64,000 bases of DNA from Octopus vulgaris (lineage: Eukaryota). Position numbers and translations under genes: made by a program. The stretch is from the NCBI GenBank assembly GCA_951406725.2, contig OX597819.1, positions 32,922,001 through 32,986,000 of the forward strand. Direction: 5' to 3'. The notes under the pieces are model-generated. The model was not told the origin of the DNA. It made no database searches and was given only the letters and a program-made list of their open reading frames with translations. Of the stretch, positions 39,000-52,229 are shown piece after piece. The number at the start of each line of letters is the position of its first letter. The stretch's first letter is position 1.

Positions 39000-40600
39000 T
39001 ACTCTGGCGAAAATGAATTTAAGACCGATGATAAAAGTTTTATTTCTTACAAAATATTTTGATACTAACACCATACAAATCATCTTTATCTTTTACACCT
39101 TATGCAGAATTTATTTCTCTTTCGAATGATGCAGACAATAACTATTTTTATACAGCTTGAAGAATTCTAATGCTAAATTTATATAAACGTTTCAAATTTA
39201 CCGGCAAAATTAGTTTAAGACCATGTAATATGTATGCAAGTTTTTTTGCCAAAATGGGTGGTCACACAACTTGCCTAGCTGCACTATATAGTATTATAAT
39301 TTAATGTTATTATACAATTGATTAATAAGGGGAAAACAACGTAACCTCAGTCCAGTCACAAGAGCAAAAATCGTACTACTCCACCAGCAAAAAGTCTCCT
39401 TTTCTAACATCAGCAAGCACCTAAAGTGCAGTAAAACGGCTTACGTGCAAGCGTGGAAGTTATACTCGGAGACTGGTCAATATAAAGATCGGGAAAGGAC
39501 TGGCGCCCCAAGAAAAACGACGGCAGAGTTGGAACATCGAATCCACCGACTTTCGGAAGGCAACCGAATGCTGACAGCCGTTGACATTTGTAAATAATTG
39601 TCCAACGAGAATGGTGTTATTTTTACACCACAAATCGTCCGCAACCGTTTGAGAGGATTTGGACTATATGGACGAATCGCTAGGAAAAAGCCAATAATAT
39701 CCAAAAGAAATCGACTCAAACGCCTTAATTTCGCAAGAAGCCACGCTCAATGGACTGCCAAAGATTGGTGCAGGGTCCTTTGGAGTGACGAGTCACATTT
39801 TTGTATATTTGGATCAGATGGTAAAACACGTCAGACGTCGCCCAACCGAGGAATTCCATCCGAAATGCGTGAATAAGACGCATTAGTAGCTTTGGTGTTG
39901 GCCCGCTAGTTAAAGTTGATGGAAAGCTAAATAGTGTAGGTTATATGAATCTACTAACGGATAGTGTTGTGCCATATTTGACTCACCAAATGCCTCTGGG
40001 AGCTATTTATCAGCAGGACAATAGTCCTGTGCACAAAACCAAAAACGTTATGGAATTTTTTGATCACCATAATATTGACGTACTCGAATGGCCTCCCCAG
40101 AGCCCGGACCTAAATCCGATCGAGAACCTGTGGAATTAGGTTTCCAAAAAAGTCCATGCTAAAAAAACCTATCTAATCTAAAACAATTATTCGATTATAT
40201 CAATGAAATATGACAAAACTTTCCCATAGAATTTTGTAATCACTTAGCGAATTCAATGCCGAGGCGTTGTTCAGCCGTTATTAAGAATAAAGTCTACGGC
40301 GCAAAGTACTAATATGTATTTCGTTCTTGTTGCTTATTTTTCCTACAGCCTTAAGCTTTGAATAAAATTATAATGATACGGTCTTAAACTAATATTGCCG
40401 GTAAATTTGAAACGTTTGTATTAATTTAGCATTAGAATTCTTCAAGTTGTATAAAAATAGTTATTGTCTGCATCATTCGAAAGAGAAATAAATTCTGCAT
40501 AAGGTGTAAAAGATAAAAAAAAATAGTATGGTGTTAGTACAAAATGTTTTGTAAGAAATAGAAATTTTAACATCGGTCTTAAATTTATTTTCACTAGTGT
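39000..40600 (+). mobile_element. Near full-length Tc1 (DD34E) transposon with ~220-bp IR/DR-type terminal repeats; transposase inactivated
   Basis: TIRs at about 39000-39222 and 40379-40600, each with outer and inner TTTAAGACC repeats. Motifs VLWSDES and QQDNSPVH...WPPQSPDLNPIENLW, with 34 residues between D and E. Stops and frameshifts are present. Confidence 0.93.
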
Positions 40601-40858
40601 GTTTCCTTAATTCTTCCATTCATCGGTCTACAATTCACTGTGCACAAAATCTGCGTTAATTTTTTGTGATTTCGTAATCTTCACGTATTATAAGGGACGT
40701 TGTATTTGTGCTATTTCATCTATATACAGGGATAAAGTTACATTTACACACACACACACACACACACATATCTACACAAATACTTTGAATACTTATGTAC
40801 ACACACACACACACACACATGTATATGTATGTATTTATGTGTGTATATATCTATGTGT

Positions 40859-41170
40859 GGAGGCACAATGGCCTAGTGGTTAGGGCAGCGGACTCGCGGT
40901 CGTAGGGTCGCGGTTTCGATTCCCAGACCAGGCGTTGTGAGTGTTTATTGAGCGAAAACACCTAAAGCTCCACGAGGCTCCGGCAGGGGGTCGTGGCGAC
41001 CCCTGCTGTACTCTTTCGCCACAACTTTCTCTCACTCTTTCTTCTGTTGGCCTGCTCGCTTAGCCAGCGGGGTGGCATCATTTGAAGGCTAAAACAATGC
41101 GAAGCGCATTGTGACCAGCGATGTGTAACAACATCTGATAGTCTGGTCGGTCACGGTGATCACGGTGATA
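40859..41170 (+). mobile_element. Full-length tRNA-derived SINE (family 2)
   Basis: A box TGGCCTAGTGG, B box GGTTTCGATTCCC, tail GGTCACGGTGATCACGGTGATA. Approximate TSD tatatctatgt. Confidence 0.88.
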
Positions 41171-41629
41171 TATCTATGTACGTATTCAACAAAAGTGCCA
41201 TGAAAAAGAATTTGTAACTAATGATATGTATGAACAACATACACAAATACAGATATTTCCAATAACGTACAGCATAAATTAATGATTTCATTAAAATTAT
41301 CTCTGCCTTAAGAGGGTGTGTCCCAGTTACCAAATAGCAGTTGGGACCAGATCCATATCAGAAGGGGAGACAATCTCAGCTATAAAAATTTCTGCAAAGC
41401 TGACATGACATTAAGGAAAAGGACGGCATCAGTGTCAATAGCATAGCAATTGTCCTACCTTATTTCCAGCAGCCTTAAGAACATAGATGCATCCAAAACG
41501 AAAGGAGAACATCCGATCAGAGGCCGAGAGAATTTGTAAAAAGGGGGGGAAGAAATTGTGCAAACAGAAGTAATTGAACATCAGAGACAAATATGTGTGT
41601 GCGCACGCGCGCGTGTATGTGTGTGTGTG

Positions 41630-41671
<42 letters not shown>

Positions 41672-41721
41672 AACATATATATATATACAAGATTAATATA
41701 TATATGCTCATGTATATATAT

Positions 41722-41759
<38 letters not shown>

Positions 41760-41799
41760 CCCTCCGACTTCCCTTCCTTGGATCTTTCCTTTTCCTATG

Positions 41800-41832
41800 T
41801 TTCTGACGGAAAGGTCCGCTCGAAACGTTAAA
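41800..41832 (+). ncRNA. Decayed minimal hammerhead-like motif in a (TA)n-flanked module
   Basis: TTT CTGACGG AAAGG-TCC-GCTC GAAAC GT T AAA. A9 is G and stem II is damaged. Confidence 0.5.
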
Positions 41833-41936
41833 TCCTCCTTTTTTCTTTCCTTTCTTGAGCGTCCAATATCACTATACTATACTTGTTCCACGTCCTCACG
41901 TTGTTGTGTTTTCTCTTTGTGCTTTCATGTTTGGAT

Positions 41937-41992
<56 letters not shown>

Positions 41993-42157
41993 CAGTTAAA
42001 ACATGAGTAGGTCTATGCAAAGCTGTATATATATTAAAAGAATTAACAGTAATGCTATGCACCTTCGTAATAACCCTTATTATTATTGTTTATATGTGTG
42101 TGTATACATGCACTAATATATTGATATTTTCAAACACTTCCACACGTCCACTTGCAT

Positions 42158-42205
<48 letters not shown>

Positions 42206-42772
42206 GTACAATCACGCCAGTTCACATGTTCTCATACACTAAGGAATATACAATGCATAAAAGCATATATACACATACTTCAAGATACGTCATTACGCTT
42301 GTTTACAGCTGAGAATACACTTCTAACACAAATTAGCAGTGAAACAAATAATATATTCATGTTCAAAACACAAAGTAGTAGATATCAAATTGCAGATGAA
42401 TAGATCGAAATCCTAAGAAAGAAAAGTATGACTGAAACAAAATAATGTTTAGTGACATTTAAACAGTTAAACGTGATCAGTCAGATAATTTAGTATAATT
42501 TTGACTAATTGATTAATTAAAGTATTATACTTGATTATGCCGTCATATGCATGATAGGCTGTGTGAATGTAGTAGTACTGAGATAAAAAAAGGATATATA
42601 ATAAAAAAAAAATCAATGAAAATTATGTCATATCTGATAAATATATACACACATTTACGCACACATATGCATACATAATTGCGTACACGCGCAGAGGCAC
42701 ACATTCACACAGACACACACACACACACACAGACACACACATATATATATATATATACCGATAGATAGATAT

Positions 42773-42846
<74 letters not shown>

Positions 42847-43377
42847 TGATAGGTGCTTACATATATAAATTTATATTTGCTGTTTTTGGCCTTTTCTGCC
42901 CAAATATTTTTTTAACTCCTAGCGTTTACATGCTCTCATTTACAATTTTATATGATTTGATAGATTAAGAAGAAAGAATTATATATAACGAGCAAAGTAA
43001 CTAATTCTAAAACCTCTGAACGAGATATAAGTAGTAACAATACTAGACGGTAGGTAACAATTTAGGTAACAGCCATGTTATAACATGGCTGTTCTATGCA
43101 GAAATTACAAGTTTTACATTTGAACTTTCGTGAAGTTGACCAGTCCCTTCAGAAAACGGTCTTTAAGTAATGCGATACATTTGGTTCCCACTTTTGTGCA
43201 GCAAATAGTAAGACTATTTTCTTTTCACATTCGCTCTCGTCTGTAGATATTTCTCAATCAATCAATCAATCAATCAATATGTATGTGTGTGTGTGTGTGT
43301 GTTCTAAATAATTGATACGGAAGAGAGAGTACGCTGGAAAGATTGAATGAAAGAAAGGAGGGAGAGTGAGTGACTGA

Positions 43378-43429
<52 letters not shown>

Positions 43430-44237
43430 AATTAAAGACCCAAGGAAATAACGAAAGAGTTTCTGTGAAACAGATTCTTGGAACAAATATTATTGAATTA
43501 TATAACAGTTAACTGACAAACTAAATTTAAATGTTGTAGTGAATCTAACGGATTTTGTGTTTCTTAAATGGCTTATAAAACCTTCCAAGCTGCAATTATT
43601 TTCGTTCCAGCACACGATCTCAGATCAGGTCACTTGCTATGCAAGTACATCTCCGTAATAGTTAATAAATTAATTATTAAACACTAGTTCGATATCCATC
43701 GCTTAGCTGATGGCGCGATGGTACAAGTTTCAATTGAAATTATTTGTCCGTTTAAAATTCTTTCTAATGTTGGTATTTCTTATTCTAGTCGTTTACATCA
43801 ACCCTAGTACTCAACTTGTACTTAATTTATTAACCTCGAAAGGATGCCACCGTTAATCTAAAACATATTCAGTTTAAATACAGAATGTCGTTGAAAATAT
43901 TAAAGTAATTAACTTTGCTTCTATTTTTATTTTCAGAAAAAATTGTTGTTGTCTGGGGCACTTTTTAATCAGGTAGATAACTGAAATTTAAGTTGTCTTT
44001 CTAAGTGAAGGCTTAGTAATTAACCTTTTCATATCGTTTAACGGAAAACGTATATTTTAATATATTTTGTGTTCATCATGAAATATATTAAAATACGTGC
44101 ACTGTATATTATTGACAAAACAACGTTCCTAGTCAAGTTTCTGTTTTCACCACAATGATGAATCTATGTGGTTGACCTGCAGGAGACTTTTATGCTATTT
44201 CTAGTTGGTTGTGAATATGTGTATATACTCTTTTATA

Positions 44238-44590
44238 CTCTTTTACTTGTTTCAGTCATTTGACTGCGGCCATGCTGGAGCACCGCCTTTAATCGAGCAA
44301 CTCGGCCCCGGGACTTATTCTTTTGGAAGCCCAGTACTTATTCTATCGGTCTCTTTTGCCGAACCGCTAAGTTACGGGGATATATGTATATATTTTATCA
44401 TTATTTTTTATTTGTTTCAGTAATTAGACTGTGGCCATGCTGGGGCACTGCCTTGAAGAAGTTTTAGTTGAATGAATCGACTCCAGTACTTAAAAAAAAT
44501 TTAAGCTTGGTACTTGTCAAACTGCTAAGTTTTGCCAAGCCGCTAAGTTACGAGGGCGCAAATACACTAACACTGATTGTCAGACACATA
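44238..44590 (-). mobile_element. Two 3' fragments of SINE family 3
   Basis: TTTTACTTGTTTCAGTCATTTGACTGCGGCCATGCTGGAGCACCGCC tail, as in 50160..50585. Confidence 0.8.
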
Positions 44591-44650
44591 AATACATACA
44601 TACAAATACATACATACATACATACATACATACATACATACATACATACA

Positions 44651-44687
<37 letters not shown>

Positions 44688-45196
44688 GATGGTTTTGGAC
44701 AGAGAAGAGAAACAGTTGTGGAAATCAGCTGCCCAGTGGATGTTAACTTAAAGCAAAAGATCAGCGGAAAAAGAAAATACCTACGCTGCCACGTTAAACT
44801 AACGAGAAATCTACAAATACTTTACCTAGATTACAAGTTCAGGTTTATACCTGACAACCGGTGTTGGTGTGTTTATGTCTCGTAAACTAGCGGCTCATAA
44901 AATAAGTATCATTCGACTAAAAATTCTTCAAGGCGATACCCCAGCAGGGCCGCAGTCTAATGACTGAAACAAGTTAAAGGTAAAAGATAGAAGATATAGC
45001 ATGAAATACCCAGAATGCATCATCGTGTATAGTGTAGAAAGAGAAATACCTAATACACTACAGGCTATATATAAATATGATTGAATTAACAGCATAAAAG
45101 AAACCTTTTCCACCATTGCTATTAACAAGTTTTCGAGTTGACGTATATTGTAAAATTGGTTTAAATGCTTATTTCAAAACTTGTGAAACTTAAATA

Positions 45197-45607
45197 GGAT
45201 CTTTTGGGTTTGAAAGGCAGTTTTTTCTAGCGGTGTCATATGAAATTGTCACCCATAATTATGACCCTAGTATCGATCTATTGCATTTGAATCTGTTTTA
45301 GCGTTAGGTTTAGGGGGGGGATATCTTTTTTCTTCACAAATGTAAATAAACTCAATCTGTTTCTTAAACGAGGGACATATTCATACGACACAGAATGTTT
45401 TTTTTACCTCAATAGGCGTCAGTGATTGGTTGAAATTGCAGAAATTGAAGAAAAAAAACAACAAATATCATACAAACTATAGAATTTTCTCAATAAAGTC
45501 AAGAGAAAAAGATGTTTTATAAACACATTTCTACCAGTATACGAAGTTTAAAATTTTTAGTTACCTAGAATTTATGTTAAAAACTGCCGTTCAAACCTAA
45601 AAGATCC
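45197..45607 (-). mobile_element. Merlin-like MITE copy 4, with telomeric tract collapsed
   Basis: Perfect TSD cttaaata. Internal TTAGCGTTAGGTTTAGGGGGGGG. Confidence 0.92.
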
Positions 45608-45853
45608 CTTAAATATATCACAAATATAGCAGATATTATGCACAGTAAAGTATTTAAAAGAATTTATTTTGTTTCATATATTTAGCTACATACGATAACA
45701 CATTTCTACCTTTGGTGGTCCTATATTGACCAGTCAATAAACGAAAGTTATCACAGTCGAAAAGGAAAGTAATTCTTTTTTAATATTTAGCATTTTAGAA
45801 AATTTTCTTGGCATAATGATATTAATTTTATTTCAGAAAAAATAAAAGGAGAA

Positions 45854-45928
<75 letters not shown>

Positions 45929-46352
45929 CAAAGTTTAAGAAAAATAAATTGCAAAAAGAAATTTTTTCGAGGGAACTGTTTTATATTCCTTTGATTTTGC
46001 TGTCTATATTAATATAATTCATTCTCTCTGTCTGTCTCTTTCACTCTCTTTGAATTTTCCCCAGAGCTTTAATATGTTTCACTTTCTGGCCGAAAACTAA
46101 TAAAATTGAAAATCATTGGAAAACAATGAGAATAGATTAAAAATAAAAACCACAAAGAAATTTATTGAACTTTAATATTTCCCTAATTTTTGTATTATTT
46201 TCTTGTATATGTATTTTTATCTTTGTAATTTTCCCATTTATCCTGTAGATGAATTTCCTTCATATTCTTTCGTCTTACTTCCATTCAGTATTGAAAGCGA
46301 GCGTTTCACGGATGAATGTTAAAAAAACATCAGCAAATGCACAGATTTTTAA

Positions 46353-46476
<124 letters not shown>

Positions 46477-47056
46477 TGTAAGTGTTATAAATCTTGAGCA
46501 ACAAAGCAAAAGCCAAAAGGAATAAAAAGGTATTAAAAAAAAATAAAAAGACATTAAAAACAAAATATATTGAGCAACAAAGCAAATAAAAGAATCAAAC
46601 AAAACAAAACAACAACGTAAAACGAAATCTAAAATAATTTTTAATCTTTGTATTGTTCACTTATTATTGTAAACATCAATCTATTTAAGAAATGATTTTT
46701 TGGGCTTATTTCGCCACAAACAAAACTGATGTGGTAGGAATATTATGAAAGTTGAAGTACACCCTACAATTACAGCATCCCTTAAACTTCTAGACTTGCA
46801 ATTGCCTGCTGTCAACGATGGGATGGGATTATTTACCAATGCGGAGTATTATTACAACAACTTCAGCAACAGCAGCAGCAGCGGTAGCAGCAGCAGCAGC
46901 GGCAGAAGCGGCAGCAGCAGTAGCAGCAGCGGCAGCAGCAGCAGCAGCAAAGTAATTACCTTCAACATCAACGTCTACAGCACACCCTATATTACAATAA
47001 CAGTGTCACAATTCTTATACCCTAATAACATGTAAATGCTTATAGAAAACGCCACC

Positions 47057-47858
47057 AAGGTGGCGAGCTGGCAGAAACGTTAGCACACCGGGCGAAATGC
47101 GTAGCCGTATTTCGTCTGCCGTTACGTTCTGAGTTCAAATTCTGCCGAGGTCGACTTTGCCTTTCATCCTTTCGGGGTCGATAAATTAAGTACCAGTTAC
47201 GCACTGGGATCGATATAATCGACTTAATCAGTTTGTCTGTCCTTGTTTGTCCTCTCTGTGTTTAGCCCCTTGTGGGTAGTAAAGAAATAGGTATTTCGTC
47301 TGTCGTTACGTTCTGAGTTCAAATTCCGCCGAGGTCGACTTTGCCTTTCATCCTTTCGGGGTCGATAAATTAAGTACCAGTTATGCACTAGGATCGATAT
47401 AATCGACTTAATCAGTTTGTCTGTTCTTGTTTGTCCTCTCTGTGTTTGGCCCCTTGTGGGTAGTAAAGAAATAGGTATTTCGTCTGTCGCTACGTTCTGA
47501 GTTCAAATTCCGCCGAGGTCGACTTTGCCTTTCATCCTTTCGGGGTCGATAAATTAAGTACCAATTACGTACTGGGGTCGATGTAATCGATTTAATCCCT
47601 TTGTCTGTCCTTCTTTGTTCCCTCTATGTTAAGCCCCTTGTGGGCAATAAAGAAATAAGAATCATTAGCACGCCGGACGAAATGCTTAGCAGCTTTTCGT
47701 CCGTCTTTACATTCTGAATTCAAATCCCGCCGAGGTTGAGTTTGCCTTTTATTCTCTCGGGGTCGACAAAATAAGTACCTGTAGAGCACTGGGGTAGATG
47801 TAAACAATTTAACCTCACCCTTCAAATTGCTCGCATTGTGCCAAAATTTGAAATCAAT
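47057..47858 (+). mobile_element. Tandem array of Nin-core SINE units (184-bp period) followed by an older-tail copy
   Basis: Tails AAAGAAATA end at 47289, 47473 and 47657. The first two are followed by GGTATTTCGTCTG. Confidence 0.92.
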
Positions 47859-48399
47859 ACATCTGAAAGTCAGCTTTCCACCTGAAGGCAATCAAAAAGA
47901 CCGGACTTACAAAAAGAAATCCTACGCCTTCGTACTTAGTCTCCGGCATTGATTCCCGTTCTTCACAAAAACTAGAAAGACAATAGGGAAATAAGATTCT
48001 CTTTCGTCTTTTACTTGTTTCTGTCATTAGATTACGGCAATGCTGGGGCACGACCTTGAAGATTTCAAAGTCACAAACGCACATCTAAAAACATCAATAG
48101 TCTAAAACATGCATTAGACGTGGTGGTGGTGGTGGTGGTGATAATAGTAGTAGCGGTCGTTGTTTTTGTTGTAGTTGTAGTAGTAGTGGTTATCGTTTTT
48201 GCTTCTGTAGCGAAGTACTTAAAAATGAAAGAAACGGACGAGTTGATCAAGTGAAAGATGTCAACCCGTCTCCTCTGCTAACGTCTTTTTACGTTGTTTA
48301 CTGGTCTTAGTAAACAGAGACCACAGCACCGCTCTATCTCCACCATCGACAGGTTTTCTACATTAAGGCTACTTGAAGTTATTTACTCGTACTTCTAAC

Positions 48400-48502
48400 A
48401 TTACTACTACTACTACTACTACTACTACTAATAATAATAATAATAATAATAATTACAATAATAATAATAATAATAATAATACCACCACCACCATCATCAC
48501 TT

Positions 48503-48561
<59 letters not shown>

Positions 48562-48661
48562 GCCACTACCACTATCACCACTGCTGCTGTTGCTACTAAT
48601 GCTACTGCTACTGTTGCTGTTGCGACTACTACTATCACTGCTGCTTATACTACTACTGCAG

Positions 48662-48699
<38 letters not shown>

Positions 48700-48709
48700 G
48701 CTGCTGCTT

Positions 48710-48749
<40 letters not shown>

Positions 48750-48895
48750 AAGTACCACTACTACTACTACCACTATCACCACTGCTGCTGCTGCTACTAA
48801 TACTACTACTACTACTGTTGCTGTTGCGACTACTACTATCACTGCTGCTTATACTACTACTGCAGCTACTACTATTACTACTACTGCTGCTGCTT

Positions 48896-48950
<55 letters not shown>

Positions 48951-48965
48951 CACTGCTACTATTAC
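48400..48965. repeat. Compound (ACT)n/(AAT)n microsatellite with a ~200-bp higher-order duplication
   Basis: The block CTGTTGCTGTTGCGACTACTACTATCACTGCTGCTTATACTACTACTGCAGC occurs at about 48611 and 48815. Confidence 0.9.
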
Positions 48966-49593
48966 ATGGTTTATGAGGCCACCATCACCACCAGCACCGC
49001 CACACCATCTTCCCTGCTATTTCTTAATAGGATAGCTAGCAAGCAGAATGTAAAAAGAAGGTTGGTGGCGGCAGCAGTGGCGGCGGCAGCAGTGGCGGCG
49101 GCAGCGTAAACGACAACAGCAGAAACAGCAACAACAACAACAACAACACCAACAAAAGCAACAACGACCAACCACTACGATGACGACGGCTTTATAATTA
49201 TCATTATTCTCTATGCAATTTAAGTTCAGCTTCAAACACTTTGCTGTAAAGTAGTATTTCAGACGATCTCAGTTCTTTCTTTTCAGACATTTACATCTTT
49301 CTTACTTTCTTTATCCCACTCCACCTTGCCTTCCGTCTCTTTTCTTCCACTTTTTTTATTCTGTAATTAAAAGGCAATGTCTCCCTCTCTCCCTTCATCC
49401 TCTCCTTATCTCTCTCGTCTCTCTCTCTCTCTCTCTCCCTCTCGCTTTCTTACTGGTTTCTTTCTCAGTTTTCTCTTTAGCATTGTACTATGTCTCTGTA
49501 CTTGTTGCCCAACGGCTGTGCAGAGACATGAAGACACGTCTCGCGTTCGTGCCAGTTGTTTGAGGAGGAAGAAAAAAAAAAAATATATATATA

Positions 49594-49647
<54 letters not shown>

Positions 49648-50159
49648 CATACATATATATATATATATGTATGTATGTTTGTATGTATGTTTGTATGTCT
49701 GTCTGTATGTATGTATACACATATATATATAGAGATTCATCCAACACACATACAAAAAAAAAACGGAATTAATGTCTAAAAACAAAAGAAGAACCAATGA
49801 AAATCACCAAATTAAATACAAAATACAAAAACAAAATTGACTAATTCATTTCTAACAAAACCTCCAACGTCTGAACTATTTACAACTCATAGTTATAATT
49901 CGACCATGTTCTGTGTTTTGTTTGTAAGTTAGTTACTAAGTATCTTTATTTGTAAGAAAGGTGTGTCACAACTACTTCACAAATTATCACTGTCTGTATC
50001 CTCTTGGCAAATATCCAAACAAGAAAATAACCAATGAACTGACGTATCTTCTGAGACTGTTTTTACCTTTTAGATGTAATATTTATATTTATTTTAGGCG
50101 GCGAACAGACAGAATCGTTAGCAGGCCGGGCAGAATGTTTTGCAGCATTTAGCCTGTAC

Positions 50160-50370
50160 TCTTTTACTTTGTTTCAGTCATTTGACTGCGGCCATGCTGG
50201 AGCACCGCCTTTAATCGAGCAACTCGACCCCGGGACTTATTCTTTTGTAAGCCCAGTACTTATTCTATCGGTCTCTTTTGCCGAACCGCTAAGTAACGGG
50301 GACATAGACACACCAGCATCGGTTGTCAAGCAATGCTAGGGGGACAAACACACTCACACAAACACACACA

Positions 50371-50427
<57 letters not shown>

Positions 50428-50585
50428 GACGGCCTTCTTTCAGTTTCCGTCTACCAAATCCACTCACAAGGCTTTGGTCGGCCCGAGGCTATAGTAGAAG
50501 ACACTTGCCCAAGGTGTCACGCAGTGGGAGTGAATCTGGAACCATGTGGTTGGTAAACAAGCTACTTACCACACAGTCACTTCTG
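50160..50585 (-). mobile_element. Full-length SINE family 3 (tRNA head, CORE-like CCTTGGGCAAGT, internal TA/CA microsatellite)
   Basis: Minus-strand head GTGTGGTAAGTAGCTTG..ACATGGTTCCAG and tail CCAGCATGGCCGCAGTCAAATGACTGAAAC. Nested within Nin-core SINE sequence. Confidence 0.88.
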
Positions 50586-50589
50586 TCTA

Positions 50590-51280
50590 TACTTTCTACG
50601 TTGAAATTCTGCCGAGGTCGACTTTGTCTTTCAGTATTTCGGAGTCGATAAAATGGGTACCAACTGACCACTGGAGTCAATGTGATCGGCTTATTCCCTC
50701 CCCCAAATTGCCGGCCTTGTGCCTTTAGTAGAAACCAATGTAAGGCAGCAAGCTGGCAGAATGGTTAGCACGCAGGGCTAAAAGCTTAGCAGCATTTCGC
50801 CCGTCTTTATGCTCCGAGTTCAAATTGGTCTTTATGTTCTGAGTTGAAATTCTGTCAAGGCTGACTTTCCCTTTCATCCTTTCGGAATCAATGAAAGAAA
50901 TAACAGTTGAACAGTGCGATGTAATCGATTTACCCCGCTCCCCCGAAATTACTGGCTTTGTGCTAAAATTTGAAACCATTGTTATATTTCTTTTAGGCAG
51001 CGAGCTGGAAAAATCGTTAAGCACGCCGGGAAAAATGTTTAGCGGTCGACTTTGCCTTTCATCCTTTCGGGGTCGATTAAATAAGTACCAGTTACGCATT
51101 GGGGTCGATATAATCGATTTAATCCGTTTGACCGTCCTTGTTTTTCCCCTCTCTGTGTAGCCCCTTGTGGGCAGTAAAGAAATAGGTATTTCGTCCGTCT
51201 TTATGTTCTGAAGTCAAATTCCGCCGAGGTATACTTTGCCTATCATCTTTTCGGGGTCGATAAGCTAAGTACTAACTGAG
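50590..51280 (+). mobile_element. Cluster of head-to-tail Nin-core SINE copies
   Basis: Four core motifs, with the AAAGAAATA|GGTATTTCGTC junction at 51184/51185. Confidence 0.82.
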
Positions 51281-52229
51281 CTGTATAAGCTGTATAAGCT
51301 TATACAGCAAATCCAGAAGTGTAGCCCGGTAGCACTGACAGACTTGGGAATTTTGGAAATTATCCATAAACCCCAGCCAGAAGGTCCTGCGGAAAAGACT
51401 TGCTAATTGATCTCCCCCGACGCCCAGACGTCGTCACCCTTGTCCGCCACTAATCTATTAAACTGTGGAACTTCCACCGGTCACATTGCCAGATTGGCAG
51501 AGGACTGTGAGCGTTGGCCGACACTCCGGTGCCAAGTACCCTCTGTTGGTTTGGACTTAACACCAGGCTGTGGCTCTCATAGTTTCTGATCTTAACTGAA
51601 TTGAAATATTATCATGTTTTGACTTAGTGTCAAAGATGGGCTACAGCCTTTTGTGTTCTTGAATGGTGGAATTATTCTGTTACCCGTTTTAATACTACCA
51701 CCTTGGGTGACTTCAGTGGAGTTCACTGCGATAGGCAGGCATCCGATTTTAGTATACATTCTTTCCTTTCTCCCTCCCTTCGTCCCACCAACCTTGGTTC
51801 CCATGTCACGTACTCTTCTCCGTCATGACTAAACTGTAACACACTCATGTTTCTTCTAAGTAGGTCATGCTCTGTATGACATACTTCCTGCTATATGAAG
51901 AGATAGCGAAATACAGTCATCGATTTTCATAATTAGAACACCTTTCCTTCAACATTGGTTTTGTTACTATACAAAAGGAAATCTTTGTTTATTTCCTAGT
52001 TATTTGTAAGATGAGAGATTAGTCAAAACATATTTCTGACATGTAGGAATGTTGTTTATAAAAAAAAGATAAGAGACTATAACTAGAAATTACACCGATT
52101 TCGATAGCTAGCATTCAGAGAGAATATACGACAAACTAGATTGCGGAGTAATATGTTAGAAATTATAGCTACATATCCCTCAGATTACATACTTTTGTCT
52201 TCGAGAAAAAAAGAAAGAATGAAGATAAA

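Noticed and set aside
48373-49035. Thr-rich mucin-like 220-aa ORF
   Set aside because: An (ACT)n microsatellite with little synonymous codon variety and no signal peptide or splice context.
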